Source of the DNA: a bacterium
GTDB taxonomy: Bacteria > Patescibacteriota > Minisyncoccia > Minisyncoccales > UBA10102
Length of the DNA stretch: 53,777 nt
Assembly (NCBI GenBank): GCA_027624865.1
Contig: JAQBTT010000001.1
Span: 1 to 53,777 of the forward strand
Direction: 5' to 3'
Shown piece by piece: positions 23,721-31,321 of the stretch. Position 1 is the first letter of the stretch; each line of letters begins with the position of its first letter. A program made the position numbers and the translations under genes. Below the pieces are notes generated by a model that did not search any database, had not been told where the DNA came from, and was given only the letters and a program-made list of their open reading frames with translations.

Positions 23721-23760
23721 TAAGGTCTTTGAGAGTTGAAAATTGTTTGTAGAGTTTAAA

Positions 23761-23833
23761 GGGCCCGTGGCTCAGCTGGTAGAGCGCCTCATTTGCAATG
23801 AGGAGGTCAGCGGTTCGAACCCGCTCGGGTCCA
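23761..23833 (+). tRNA. tRNA-Ala (anticodon UGC)
   Basis: G3:U70 in the acceptor gggcccg/cgggtcc, anticodon loop ttTGCaa, T arm agcgg-ttcgaac-ccgct. Confidence 0.9.
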
Positions 23834-23845
23834 CAAATTCAGAAG

Positions 23846-23867
23846 ATCGCCAAGCAGGTGATTTTTT
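23846..23867 (+). terminator. Terminator after tRNA-Ala
   Basis: atcgcc-aagca-ggtgat followed by a T6 run. Confidence 0.55.
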
Positions 23868-23881
23868 GATAAAGTTAAGAC

Positions 23882-25165
23882 ATGCAAAAAGAAACACAAT
23901 GGGATGTTGTGGTTATTGGCGGTGGGGCATCTGGAATGATTGCTGCTGGTCGCGCTGGCGAGCGTGGCCGTAGTGTTTTACTGCTTGAGAAAAATCCTAC
24001 CTTAGGTAAAAAACTCCTTATCACGGGTGGCGGGAGATGTAACGTTACAAACAACAAGCCTGCAGTGCCAGTGATGCTCAAGGAATATAAGGGGAGTGAT
24101 AAGTTTCTCTTTTCTGCGTTTGTGCAATTTGGAGTAAAAGAAACACTGCAGTTTTTTAGCGATAGGGGAATGAAGATAAAGGAAGAGGCAGAGGGAAGAA
24201 TGTTTCCTGTATCAAATAAGGCAAAGTCAGTATGGGATGTGCTTATGCAATATGTGAAGAAAGGAGGGGTGAAGGTACAGACAAAGGCGCACGTTACAGG
24301 AATTACCTATGATACATCTTTACAGCAGTATGTTATAGCTCTTGCTGATGCAACTGAAGTGCATGCAAAAGCGTGCATTATTGCAACTGGCGGGATATCG
24401 CATCCTGAAACTGGTTCAACTGGTGAAGGGTTTTTGTGGCTTAAAAAATGTGGGCATGTGATAATTGAAAATGATTTAGCGCTTGTACCAATTGTACTAA
24501 GGGATGTATGGGCAAAGAAGCTAGCTGGGGTAACGCTCAATAATATTAAGCTCACTACATTTAAAAATGGAGTGAAGCAAAAGGCGTGCAAAGGGAAATT
24601 ACTTTTTACGCATGTTGGCATTAGTGGTCCTACGGTTTTAAATATGAGCAAAGAAATAGGAGAGCTTCTTTCGGAGAAAGAAGGGGCAGAATATATCAAA
24701 AAGGAAAAGATAAGTGAAGTTACAATTATGCTGGATTTATTCCCAACTCTTGATAGCGGTGTGCTTGGAAAGAAACTTCAGGCGCTTTTGACTGAAAGCA
24801 GTAACAAAAAGATAAAGAATGTGTTGTCTCCATTTATTTCTTCTACTCTTGTTGGTGTAGTGCTTATGCTCAGCAATGTGAATGGTGAAACACCAAGTCA
24901 TAGCGTACGCGCAGGAGAGCGAAAGGCGCTTACCTCTTTACTAAAAGCCATGCCCTTATCTGTTGCAGGGCTCCTTGGGAAGGATAAGGCAATAGTATCT
25001 TCAGGGGGCGTGATGCTTTCGCAAGTCAATTTCAAAACAATGCAGTCCCGCGTTCTGCCCCAACTCTACTTAATAGGTGACGTATTAAATATTGATCGCC
25101 CTTCTGGAGGATATAGTTTGCAATTATGCTGGACCACAGGCTATATTGCAGGGAGTAACTGCTAG
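23882..25165 (+). CDS. HI0933/BaiN-like FAD-dependent flavoprotein
   Basis: WDVVVIGGGASGMIAAGRA dinucleotide fold and LLITGGGRCNVTN, which is diagnostic of the HI0933 family. Confidence 0.8.
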   Translation: MQKETQWDVVVIGGGASGMIAAGRAGERGRSVLLLEKNPTLGKKLLITGGGRCNVTNNKPAVPVMLKEYKGSDKFLFSAFVQFGVKETLQFFSDRGMKIKEEAEGRMFPVSNKAKSVWDVLMQYVKKGGVKVQTKAHVTGITYDTSLQQYVIALADATEVHAKACIIATGGISHPETGSTGEGFLWLKKCGHVIIENDLALVPIVLRDVWAKKLAGVTLNNIKLTTFKNGVKQKACKGKLLFTHVGISGPTVLNMSKEIGELLSEKEGAEYIKKEKISEVTIMLDLFPTLDSGVLGKKLQALLTESSNKKIKNVLSPFISSTLVGVVLMLSNVNGETPSHSVRAGERKALTSLLKAMPLSVAGLLGKDKAIVSSGGVMLSQVNFKTMQSRVLPQLYLIGDVLNIDRPSGGYSLQLCWTTGYIAGSNC

Positions 25166-25209
25166 TATGGAGTGAGGGTGTATTATGAAAGATAAAAATA
25201 TTGTATAAT

Positions 25210-25989
25210 ATGAACATGCCAGAAAAGAAAAAAAGAATTCTTCTTATAGAAGATGAGAGGACCATTGCCAATCTTATTGAATTAAGACTCAAGCGCTCTG
25301 GATATGAGGTAGAAGTTATATACGATGGAATAAAGGGATTGAAGACCATTTTAGAGTCCCCCCCAGATCTTGTCCTTTTAGATATGTTGCTTTCTGGTTT
25401 GAGTGGTTTTGATATTTTAAAGACGTTAAAAGAGAAGAATCTTTTGCCCAACTTGCCTGTTATCATTATTTCAAACTCTGCCCAACCCGTGCAGTTAAAG
25501 CGTGCAGTAGATTTGGGGGCAAGGGGGTACTTAATAAAGGTAAACTTTAGTCCAGAGGAAGTGGTAGAAAAGGTAGAAGCGGTATTTAAAGAGGGCATAA
25601 AACAAGATTCTTTAAGTGAGAGCAATGTTCTTTTAGTGGAAGATGAGAAGTTTCTTGCCGATGCTATTGAAAGAACATTTACTCAAAAACAGTATAAAGT
25701 TTTGCAAGCTACAAATGCCAGAGAGGCAAGAAACATACTTGGTGAGGAAAAGGTCGATGTAATACTCCTGGATATTATTCTTCCTGATATTGACGGATTT
25801 CAGTTCTTGGAGGAATTGAAGAAAGACGACAAAGTTAAAGGTATCCCTGTGATTATTATCTCAAACCTTGGGCAAAAAGAAGAGATTGAGAAGGGGAAAA
25901 AGATGGGAGCGATTGATTACATTATAAAATCAGATACAATTCCAAGTGAAATTCTAGAAAAGGTTGAGAGTATACTTAAAAGTAATTAA
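25210..25989 (+). CDS. Response regulator with two receiver (REC) domains and no output domain
   Basis: Two REC units (LLIEDE..LLDMLL..YLIK and LLVEDE..LLDIILP..YIIK). The start is ATG 25210 or 25216, and TATAAT lies at 25204-25209. Confidence 0.8.
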   Translation: MNMPEKKKRILLIEDERTIANLIELRLKRSGYEVEVIYDGIKGLKTILESPPDLVLLDMLLSGLSGFDILKTLKEKNLLPNLPVIIISNSAQPVQLKRAVDLGARGYLIKVNFSPEEVVEKVEAVFKEGIKQDSLSESNVLLVEDEKFLADAIERTFTQKQYKVLQATNAREARNILGEEKVDVILLDIILPDIDGFQFLEELKKDDKVKGIPVIIISNLGQKEEIEKGKKMGAIDYIIKSDTIPSEILEKVESILKSN

Positions 25990-26004
25990 TATATATAAAA
26001 TACT

Positions 26005-27204
26005 ATGGCAATACAAGCTGGAGTTGGACAAGGTTCACAAAAGGATCCCTATGAGGCAGGATTTGAGGCGTGTCAAGCGGCACTTGATAAATTAGAAGGA
26101 GAGAAAGCAGACTTGGTTATTGTATTTTCCTCGGTTGCGCTTGACCAAAAAGAGGTTATTCGTGGTGTGCGCAATGTAAGTGGTGACGCTCTGCTTGTTG
26201 GGTGTAGTGATGCTGGGAGCATTACAAGTTCGGGCCCCGCTAAGAATGCAGTTGGGGTGATGGCAATTTCTTCAGATAAGCTGCACTTCTATACTGGCCT
26301 TGGCAAAGGAGTGAGCGATGGAGCACGGGAAGCTGGGCAAGCTCTTGCAAAAGAAATTCAAGAAAAAGCAAAAGAACCCTTGAAAACATTTTTAATGTTC
26401 CCAGATGTACTTACGGGAAATGGAGCAGATATTGTGCGAGGGGTATTAGATGTTTTGGGGGAGCATTTCCCATTGCTGGGAGGAGCTGCTGGTGACGATT
26501 TTCTTTTTAAAAAAACCTATCAGTACAAAGATGGCGAGGTTGCATCAGGCGCTGTTGCTGGGGTTGGTATCTCTGGAGATTTTGTAATGGGAGCTGGAGT
26601 ACGTCATGGATGGATGCCCATTGGTAGCTCAATGACTGTAACAAAGTCAAAAGGTTCTGTGGTGTATGAGCTGGACGGGAAACCTGCTGCTAGAATCTAT
26701 GAAGACTATTTTGGAGAACGAGCAGAAGATTTAAAAAGTGAACCTTTAGCGCGCTTGGCAATAACATATCCTTTAGGGATTAAGGTGAGTGATCTTGATG
26801 AATATTTAATTCGAGACCCTATCACGGTGGACGAAAATGGGGCTATCACGTGTGCAGCTGAGATCCCAGAAGGGTCAGAGATTAGGCTGATGATTGGGAG
26901 TAAGGATAAGGCGATAGAGGCCGCTCAAGATGCAGCAGAAAAGCTCATGCGAGATTTTAAAGAGAAGAATGCAACACCAAAATTTGTTTTGATGTTTAAC
27001 TGTATTGCACGAGAAAAATTGTTTGCACAAAAGGCAAATGATGAGATTCAAGCGATAATGAACATTATTGGCAAAGACGTTCCATTATTGGGATTCTACA
27101 CGTACGGGGAAATAGCCCCCATAAAAGGAGAGGTGCACGACATGGAGAAGGTTGTTTCAAAATTTTACAATGAAACCGTTGTGATGCTTGCGATAGGAGA
27201 ATGA
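26005..27204 (+). CDS. FIST-domain (FIST_N + FIST_C) sensory protein
   Basis: 399 aa, cytoplasmic. The layout (DLVIVFSS..GCSDAG..GDF.. and the C-terminal LGFYTYGEIAP) is typical of FIST proteins. Confidence 0.7.
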   Translation: MAIQAGVGQGSQKDPYEAGFEACQAALDKLEGEKADLVIVFSSVALDQKEVIRGVRNVSGDALLVGCSDAGSITSSGPAKNAVGVMAISSDKLHFYTGLGKGVSDGAREAGQALAKEIQEKAKEPLKTFLMFPDVLTGNGADIVRGVLDVLGEHFPLLGGAAGDDFLFKKTYQYKDGEVASGAVAGVGISGDFVMGAGVRHGWMPIGSSMTVTKSKGSVVYELDGKPAARIYEDYFGERAEDLKSEPLARLAITYPLGIKVSDLDEYLIRDPITVDENGAITCAAEIPEGSEIRLMIGSKDKAIEAAQDAAEKLMRDFKEKNATPKFVLMFNCIAREKLFAQKANDEIQAIMNIIGKDVPLLGFYTYGEIAPIKGEVHDMEKVVSKFYNETVVMLAIGE

Positions 27205-28163
27205 ATTCTTTCGTTATTCTTGGAACTATTGCGCTTGCTGGTATTGTTTTTGCTTTTATCTTTACGCAGGGCGCGAGAAAGCAACTTCTAAACTTGCAAA
27301 AAAAGAACGTACGTTTTGAAAAACTCCTTTTGCAAAAGGAGCGTGAGCTTGCTCAAGCCAATGGAATACTGAAGGAACGTAGCAAAGAGTCCAATGAAGT
27401 AGCAAGGGTACTTGTAAGAAGAGATTTGGAGTTAACAGAGACAAACGAGCGTTTACGTGAGCTTGATTCAGTGAAATCAGAATTTGTGTCTGTTGCAGCT
27501 CACCAGCTAAGAACTCCCTTAACAGGTATTAAGTGGACCCTCAATGCTCTGCTTACTGGTGAGGTTGGTACGCTGGATAAGGACCAAAAAAAACTTGTTA
27601 CAGATGGTCTTGCTGCAACGTATAGATTAATAGAACTTATCAATGACTTATTGGATACTGCGCGTATTGAGGAAGGGAGATTTGGGTTTAACTTTAAGAT
27701 GCTTTCCTTAGCTCCAATACTTAAGCAGTCGATTGTGAACTATGCAGTGATTGCAAAGAAGAAAGGCATACAGCTTATACTCAAGTTGCCAGAAGCAAAG
27801 CTCCCTTTGCTAAAACTTGACGCAGAAAAGATTGGAATTGTACTAGATAACCTTATTGATAACGCTATAAAGTATACAATTCCTGGGGGCAAGATAACAG
27901 TGCGAGCTACACTTCAAAAAGAGCATGTTGTGCTAGAGGTGGAAGATACAGGAATTGGGGTTCCAAAAGAGCAAGTGCATCGCGTCTTTACTAAATTTTT
28001 TAGGGCAGTAAATGCTCAGCTTGCAGAGACCTCAGGAACCGGACTTGGACTATACGTATCCCATAACATTGTAGAGCACCACAGAGGAACTCTTTCTTTT
28101 ACAAGTAGTGAGGGGAAAGGGAGTACATTTGTTGTTTCTCTTCCTTTAGTTAATCAAAGATAA
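27201..28163 (+). CDS. Sensor histidine kinase (TM, coiled coil, HisKA, HATPase_c)
   Basis: H-box SEFVSVAAHQLRTPLT, N-box DNLIDNAIKYT and G-box GTGLGL. The start overlaps the FIST stop (ATGA). Confidence 0.85.
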   Translation: MNSFVILGTIALAGIVFAFIFTQGARKQLLNLQKKNVRFEKLLLQKERELAQANGILKERSKESNEVARVLVRRDLELTETNERLRELDSVKSEFVSVAAHQLRTPLTGIKWTLNALLTGEVGTLDKDQKKLVTDGLAATYRLIELINDLLDTARIEEGRFGFNFKMLSLAPILKQSIVNYAVIAKKKGIQLILKLPEAKLPLLKLDAEKIGIVLDNLIDNAIKYTIPGGKITVRATLQKEHVVLEVEDTGIGVPKEQVHRVFTKFFRAVNAQLAETSGTGLGLYVSHNIVEHHRGTLSFTSSEGKGSTFVVSLPLVNQR

Positions 28164-28181
28164 TACATTTACATAGTAGTT

Positions 28182-28448
28182 ATGCTAAAAACACTTACCT
28201 TCCATCCATCTCGCATCGGGTGCCCATCAATTCCTGGCACCATGAAAGGGATTGTAATTTCAATTCCCGGAGTAAAAGACGTAGAAGTAAGGTATGAAGA
28301 ACGTTCAATAGATGTTACTTTTGACGAAACGAAAACATCACCTGAGGAAATCACAAAGAAGATAGGAGAAGAGATGGGCTTGGCAATGGAAGTTACTAAG
28401 CATGGCTCAAAAAAAGAAGGGAACGTAGCACATACCTGTCCTATGTAA
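28182..28448 (+). CDS. Small HMA-like (ferredoxin-fold) protein with a degenerate metal site
   Basis: IPGVKDVEVRYEERSIDVTFD...EEITKKIGEEMG matches the HMA fold pattern, but the usual CxxC is replaced by GCPSIPGT. The C-terminus is HTCPM. Confidence 0.4.
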   Translation: MLKTLTFHPSRIGCPSIPGTMKGIVISIPGVKDVEVRYEERSIDVTFDETKTSPEEITKKIGEEMGLAMEVTKHGSKKEGNVAHTCPM

Positions 28449-28557
28449 TAGGGAGGGTACTTTTCCACAGGCGCTCTATTGCTCTGATTCTATCTTTGGT
28501 ATAATAATTGAACGCACAAAAGGTCGTTTTTAGCATAGTAAAGGTAAATATATTACA

Positions 28558-28764
28558 ATGATGCAAAGAAGCACAATAGGTTTGGTAGTCGGTATTCTTT
28601 TAGTTGTTGGTGGTCTAAACTGGGGATTGGTTGGACTCTTCAACATGGATGTTGTCGCTACCGTTTTTGGAGGAACTGCAGCCTTGGGTTCCAAGGTCGT
28701 ATATGTTCTTGTAGGGATTGCAGCCATATACAAGCTCGCCAAGATGGTGGGGATAATGAAGTAA
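28558..28764 (+). CDS. DUF378-family small membrane protein
   Basis: 68 aa with GGLNWGLVGLF and two TM helices. Confidence 0.75.
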   Translation: MMQRSTIGLVVGILLVVGGLNWGLVGLFNMDVVATVFGGTAALGSKVVYVLVGIAAIYKLAKMVGIMK

Positions 28765-28828
28765 TTGATACTTCTTTCTGCCCAGCCCTCTTTAAAGAGG
28801 GCTGGGTCAAAGAGATATTTATTCTATA

Positions 28829-29251
28829 ATGCATTCATTCTTTAATTTTTTAAATCGTATTTTCCCAGCACAAGTTGTATTTGCGCACTGCGATATTCCT
28901 TGTGGTATTTATACTCCAGAGCCAGCACAAACTGCAGCTTTGACTGTAATTCGCATGATAGAGAAGCTTCAGGAAGCAGAGGCAGGGGATGCTCACAACA
29001 TAGCAAGGTTCACTCAAGCAAAAGAAGAGCATGCACAAAAATGCAAACAAGAACTCCTTATTCTTTGGACTGATTACTTTAAAGAAGAGCATCTTTTGGT
29101 GTTCCCAAATCTCCACGATATTTTTTGGAAAGCAACAAAGCTGTGTTCCAAGAATAAGCAGGAAGTAAGTATGGAGGCTGCTCAGGCCTTGAAGCAGGCA
29201 GTAGCTGAGATAGCAGAGATGTTCCACAAAGTAGAGGCAGCAAAGAAATGA
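28829..29251 (+). CDS. sodN: Nickel superoxide dismutase precursor
   Basis: A leader peptide followed by HCDIPCGIY (the Ni-hook His-Cys-x-x-Pro-Cys-Gly-x-Tyr) and LWTDYFK. Confidence 0.85.
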   Translation: MHSFFNFLNRIFPAQVVFAHCDIPCGIYTPEPAQTAALTVIRMIEKLQEAEAGDAHNIARFTQAKEEHAQKCKQELLILWTDYFKEEHLLVFPNLHDIFWKATKLCSKNKQEVSMEAAQALKQAVAEIAEMFHKVEAAKK

Positions 29252-29309
29252 TGAGACTGCTTGAGTTGCTTGAAACCGGGTTTCAAGCAGTCAGAGGCAG
29301 CGTTATACT

Positions 29310-29627
29310 ATGATTTCCTATTTTAAAGTGAAGGGCCAGAGCATGGAGCCCTGGGTAAAAGAAGGGGACTTTGTTTTGGTAGATAGGTTGTCCTATCTAT
29401 TTTTAAGACCAAAGGTAGGACATGTAGCATTAATAAGGCATCCAGAGAAGCCAAACTTGCTAATTATAAAGCGCATTGCGCGAAAAGAGGATAATAGGTA
29501 TTGGGTAGAGGGGGACTCTTCTTTTAATAGTACAGATAGTCGGCATTTTGGGTGGCTCAAAAGAGAGCTTTTAGTGGGAAAAGTTATCCACAGGACAGGC
29601 TCCTTTGCTCTTGGTATACTATCGTAA
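29310..29627 (+). CDS. sodX: S26-family peptidase, NiSOD maturation protease
   Basis: VKGQSMEP (Ser nucleophile), IIKRIA (Lys) and GDSSFNSTDSRHFG, located directly downstream of sodN. Confidence 0.75.
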   Translation: MISYFKVKGQSMEPWVKEGDFVLVDRLSYLFLRPKVGHVALIRHPEKPNLLIIKRIARKEDNRYWVEGDSSFNSTDSRHFGWLKRELLVGKVIHRTGSFALGILS

Positions 29628-29683
29628 TATAAGAAAAGGTCGGAAAAGGTAGTTTCCATAATTAAAGAATACACAAAAAATAT

Positions 29684-30361
29684 ATGGTTCTCGATTTATA
29701 CGTGGTTACCATTCAAGCTCTGCAAGGTCTTTGGGAAGGGTTCATTGGATTTTTGCCAGAATTGATTGGAGCGCTCATCATCTTTGTTATTGGATGGTTT
29801 ATCTCTGTTGGAGTAGGCCGTTTGGTAGCTGACATTTTAAAGAGAATTAAATTCAATCAAGTTTTTGAGCGAGGAAACTGGAAGAGTGCCCTAGAAAAAG
29901 CGGACATTAAGATGGATCCTTCAGGATTCATAGGCGCTATCTTCAAATGGGTGTTTGTTATCGTGTTCCTTAGAGTGACCGTGGAGGTGCTGGGCTTAAC
30001 TCAGCTTACTACGTTCATTGAGAGTATTCTCGCATATTTGCCTAATGTACTGGTTGCCTCGTTAATTTTCGTAGTAGCTGTGATTGTTGCAGATATCGTA
30101 GAGAAAGTTTTGAGAGCTGCAGTGGAGTCTGCTCAGGTAGGGCAGGCACACATGGTTGGTGTAATTGTCAGGTGGTCCATTTGGATCTTTGCTGCAATTG
30201 CAATCTTAACTCAGCTTGGCGTTACCCCAATTCTTTGGCAGACTTTGTTTACCGGTTTGGTAGCATTGATTGTTGTGGCTGGTGGTTTGGCATTTGGCTT
30301 GGGAGGAAAGGAAGTAGCAGGCCAATGGCTACAAGACATGAGTAGGAAACTAAAAGGATAG
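29684..30361 (+). CDS. Integral membrane protein with conserved-TM-helix repeats (MscS-N-terminal-like)
   Basis: 225 aa with 4-5 TM helices and a repeated G.LP.L.GAL.I...GW motif. Confidence 0.5.
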   Translation: MVLDLYVVTIQALQGLWEGFIGFLPELIGALIIFVIGWFISVGVGRLVADILKRIKFNQVFERGNWKSALEKADIKMDPSGFIGAIFKWVFVIVFLRVTVEVLGLTQLTTFIESILAYLPNVLVASLIFVVAVIVADIVEKVLRAAVESAQVGQAHMVGVIVRWSIWIFAAIAILTQLGVTPILWQTLFTGLVALIVVAGGLAFGLGGKEVAGQWLQDMSRKLKG

Positions 30362-30381
30362 TTTTTCTACTTTCTCTTCTG

Positions 30382-30412
30382 AAACTACCCCGCTTTTGCG
30401 GGGTAGTTTTTT
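30382..30412 (+). terminator. Strong rho-independent terminator
   Basis: aaactaccccgc-tttt-gcggggtagttt followed by ttt. Confidence 0.85.
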
Positions 30413-30476
30413 ACTCCTTAAAATAAGGTGGAAAACCTCTTGTTTTGAGAGGAATATATGGGATTTTTTGGATGAG

Positions 30477-30505
30477 TTGACATTGATTGAGCCATAGCGT
30501 ATACT
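30477..30505 (+). promoter_or_regulatory. Promoter of the 23S-5S transcription unit
   Basis: TTGACA (30477-30482), 17-nt spacer, TATACT (30500-30505). Confidence 0.65.
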
Positions 30506-30624
30506 TAAAATACGACATGAGAAATAGCCAAAAACTTTTGCAATCACAAAGCGGCTGATAAAACCTGATGGTTTAATGTGTCAGTAGGATGCCGCCACGT
30601 AAGCGGTTTTTTGTTCCTCATGTT

Positions 30625-30699
30625 GGGTCCAAGACAACTACTTGTCTTGGATGGGTGATTTAGTGAACCCTCCGTGGTGAGCGTAAAAAATCACCCAGG
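30625..30699 (+). repeat. Dispersed repeat family, copy B (aagacaa hairpin plus the gaaccctccgtggtgagcg core)
   Basis: ccaagacaactacttgtcttgg followed by tgatttagtgaaccctccgtggtgagcgtaaaaaatcaccc. This is the same architecture as 23591-23660. Confidence 0.8.
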
Positions 30700-30712
30700 T
30701 TCTTTGTCAATT

Positions 30713-30738
30713 TAATAATGGGTATAATCTGCTAGCAA
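30713..30738 (+). promoter_or_regulatory. 5' strand of the 23S processing stem
   Basis: The reverse complement of taataatgggtataatctgctagcaa matches 35620-35644 at 25/26 positions. Confidence 0.8.
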
Positions 30739-30971
30739 CAGGAATCAATTGTAATTATAGGCAGGTAGTGGATGCCTTGGGATGTAAAGGCGATGAAGGA
30801 CGTAGCTTAGCTGCGATAAGCCTCGGGGAGCAGTGTAGCATGCTTTGATCCGGGGATTTCCGAATGGGGAAACCTGGTTTATGGAAACATAGATCGTCTG
30901 TCAGCAATGACAGAAGCGAACCCGCTGAAGTGAAACATCTCAGTAAGCGGAGGAAAAGAGAACGTAAGTAT

Positions 30972-31156
30972 CCTTGTGCTTCGCACAAGGAATTCCTAAT
31001 TAACCTAATTCCTAATTAACCTAATCAATAACCAATGTCTTAATACTAATGACCAAAAACTTATAGAGTACTATATTGGTTTTTAGAAATTAGGATCTGG
31101 GATTTCTTTAGAAATTAGAAATTAGATATTAGAAATTTCTCGTGCGAAGCACGAGG
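30972..31156 (+). repeat. 185-nt AT-rich insertion in 23S domain I bounded by inverted GC hairpins (IVS- or MITE-like)
   Basis: ccttgtgcttcgcacaagg (30972-30990) against the reverse complement of ctcgtgcgaagcacgagg (31139-31156) gives 17/19. TAT flanks both ends. The interior is made of stuttered words (aattcctaattaacc x2, ttagaaatta x3). Confidence 0.75.
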
Positions 31157-31200
31157 TATATTCCCTTAGTAGCGGCGAGCGAAATGGGAGGAGCCTAAAC

Positions 31201-31321
31201 TGTCAGTGCTTTGCATTGACCGCAGAAGGACGCGGACTTGACGCGGAACTGCGCGGAAATATTTTCTGCGTGATTCTGCGTTTGGTCTGCGTAGTTCCGC
31301 GGCCAATGCGGAGCATTGGCA
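31201..31321 (+). repeat. 121-nt hairpin-cluster insertion module, copy 2, in 23S domain I
   Basis: Homologous to 20296-20418 in the 16S: tgtcagtg...cattgaccgcag...ttctgcgtgattctgcgtttg.tctgcgtagttccgcggccaatgcg.agcattggca. Confidence 0.85.

Noticed and set aside
25032-25625. A 197-aa minus-strand ORF.
   Set aside because: It overlaps the 3' end of the flavoprotein gene and the first REC domain, both of which have clear family motifs on the + strand.
30719-30728. gggtataat immediately upstream of the 23S looked like a -10 promoter element.
   Set aside because: It is part of the 26-nt strand that is almost perfectly complementary to 35620-35644, the 23S flanking processing stem. A much better TTGACA-17-TATACT promoter lies at 30477-30505.
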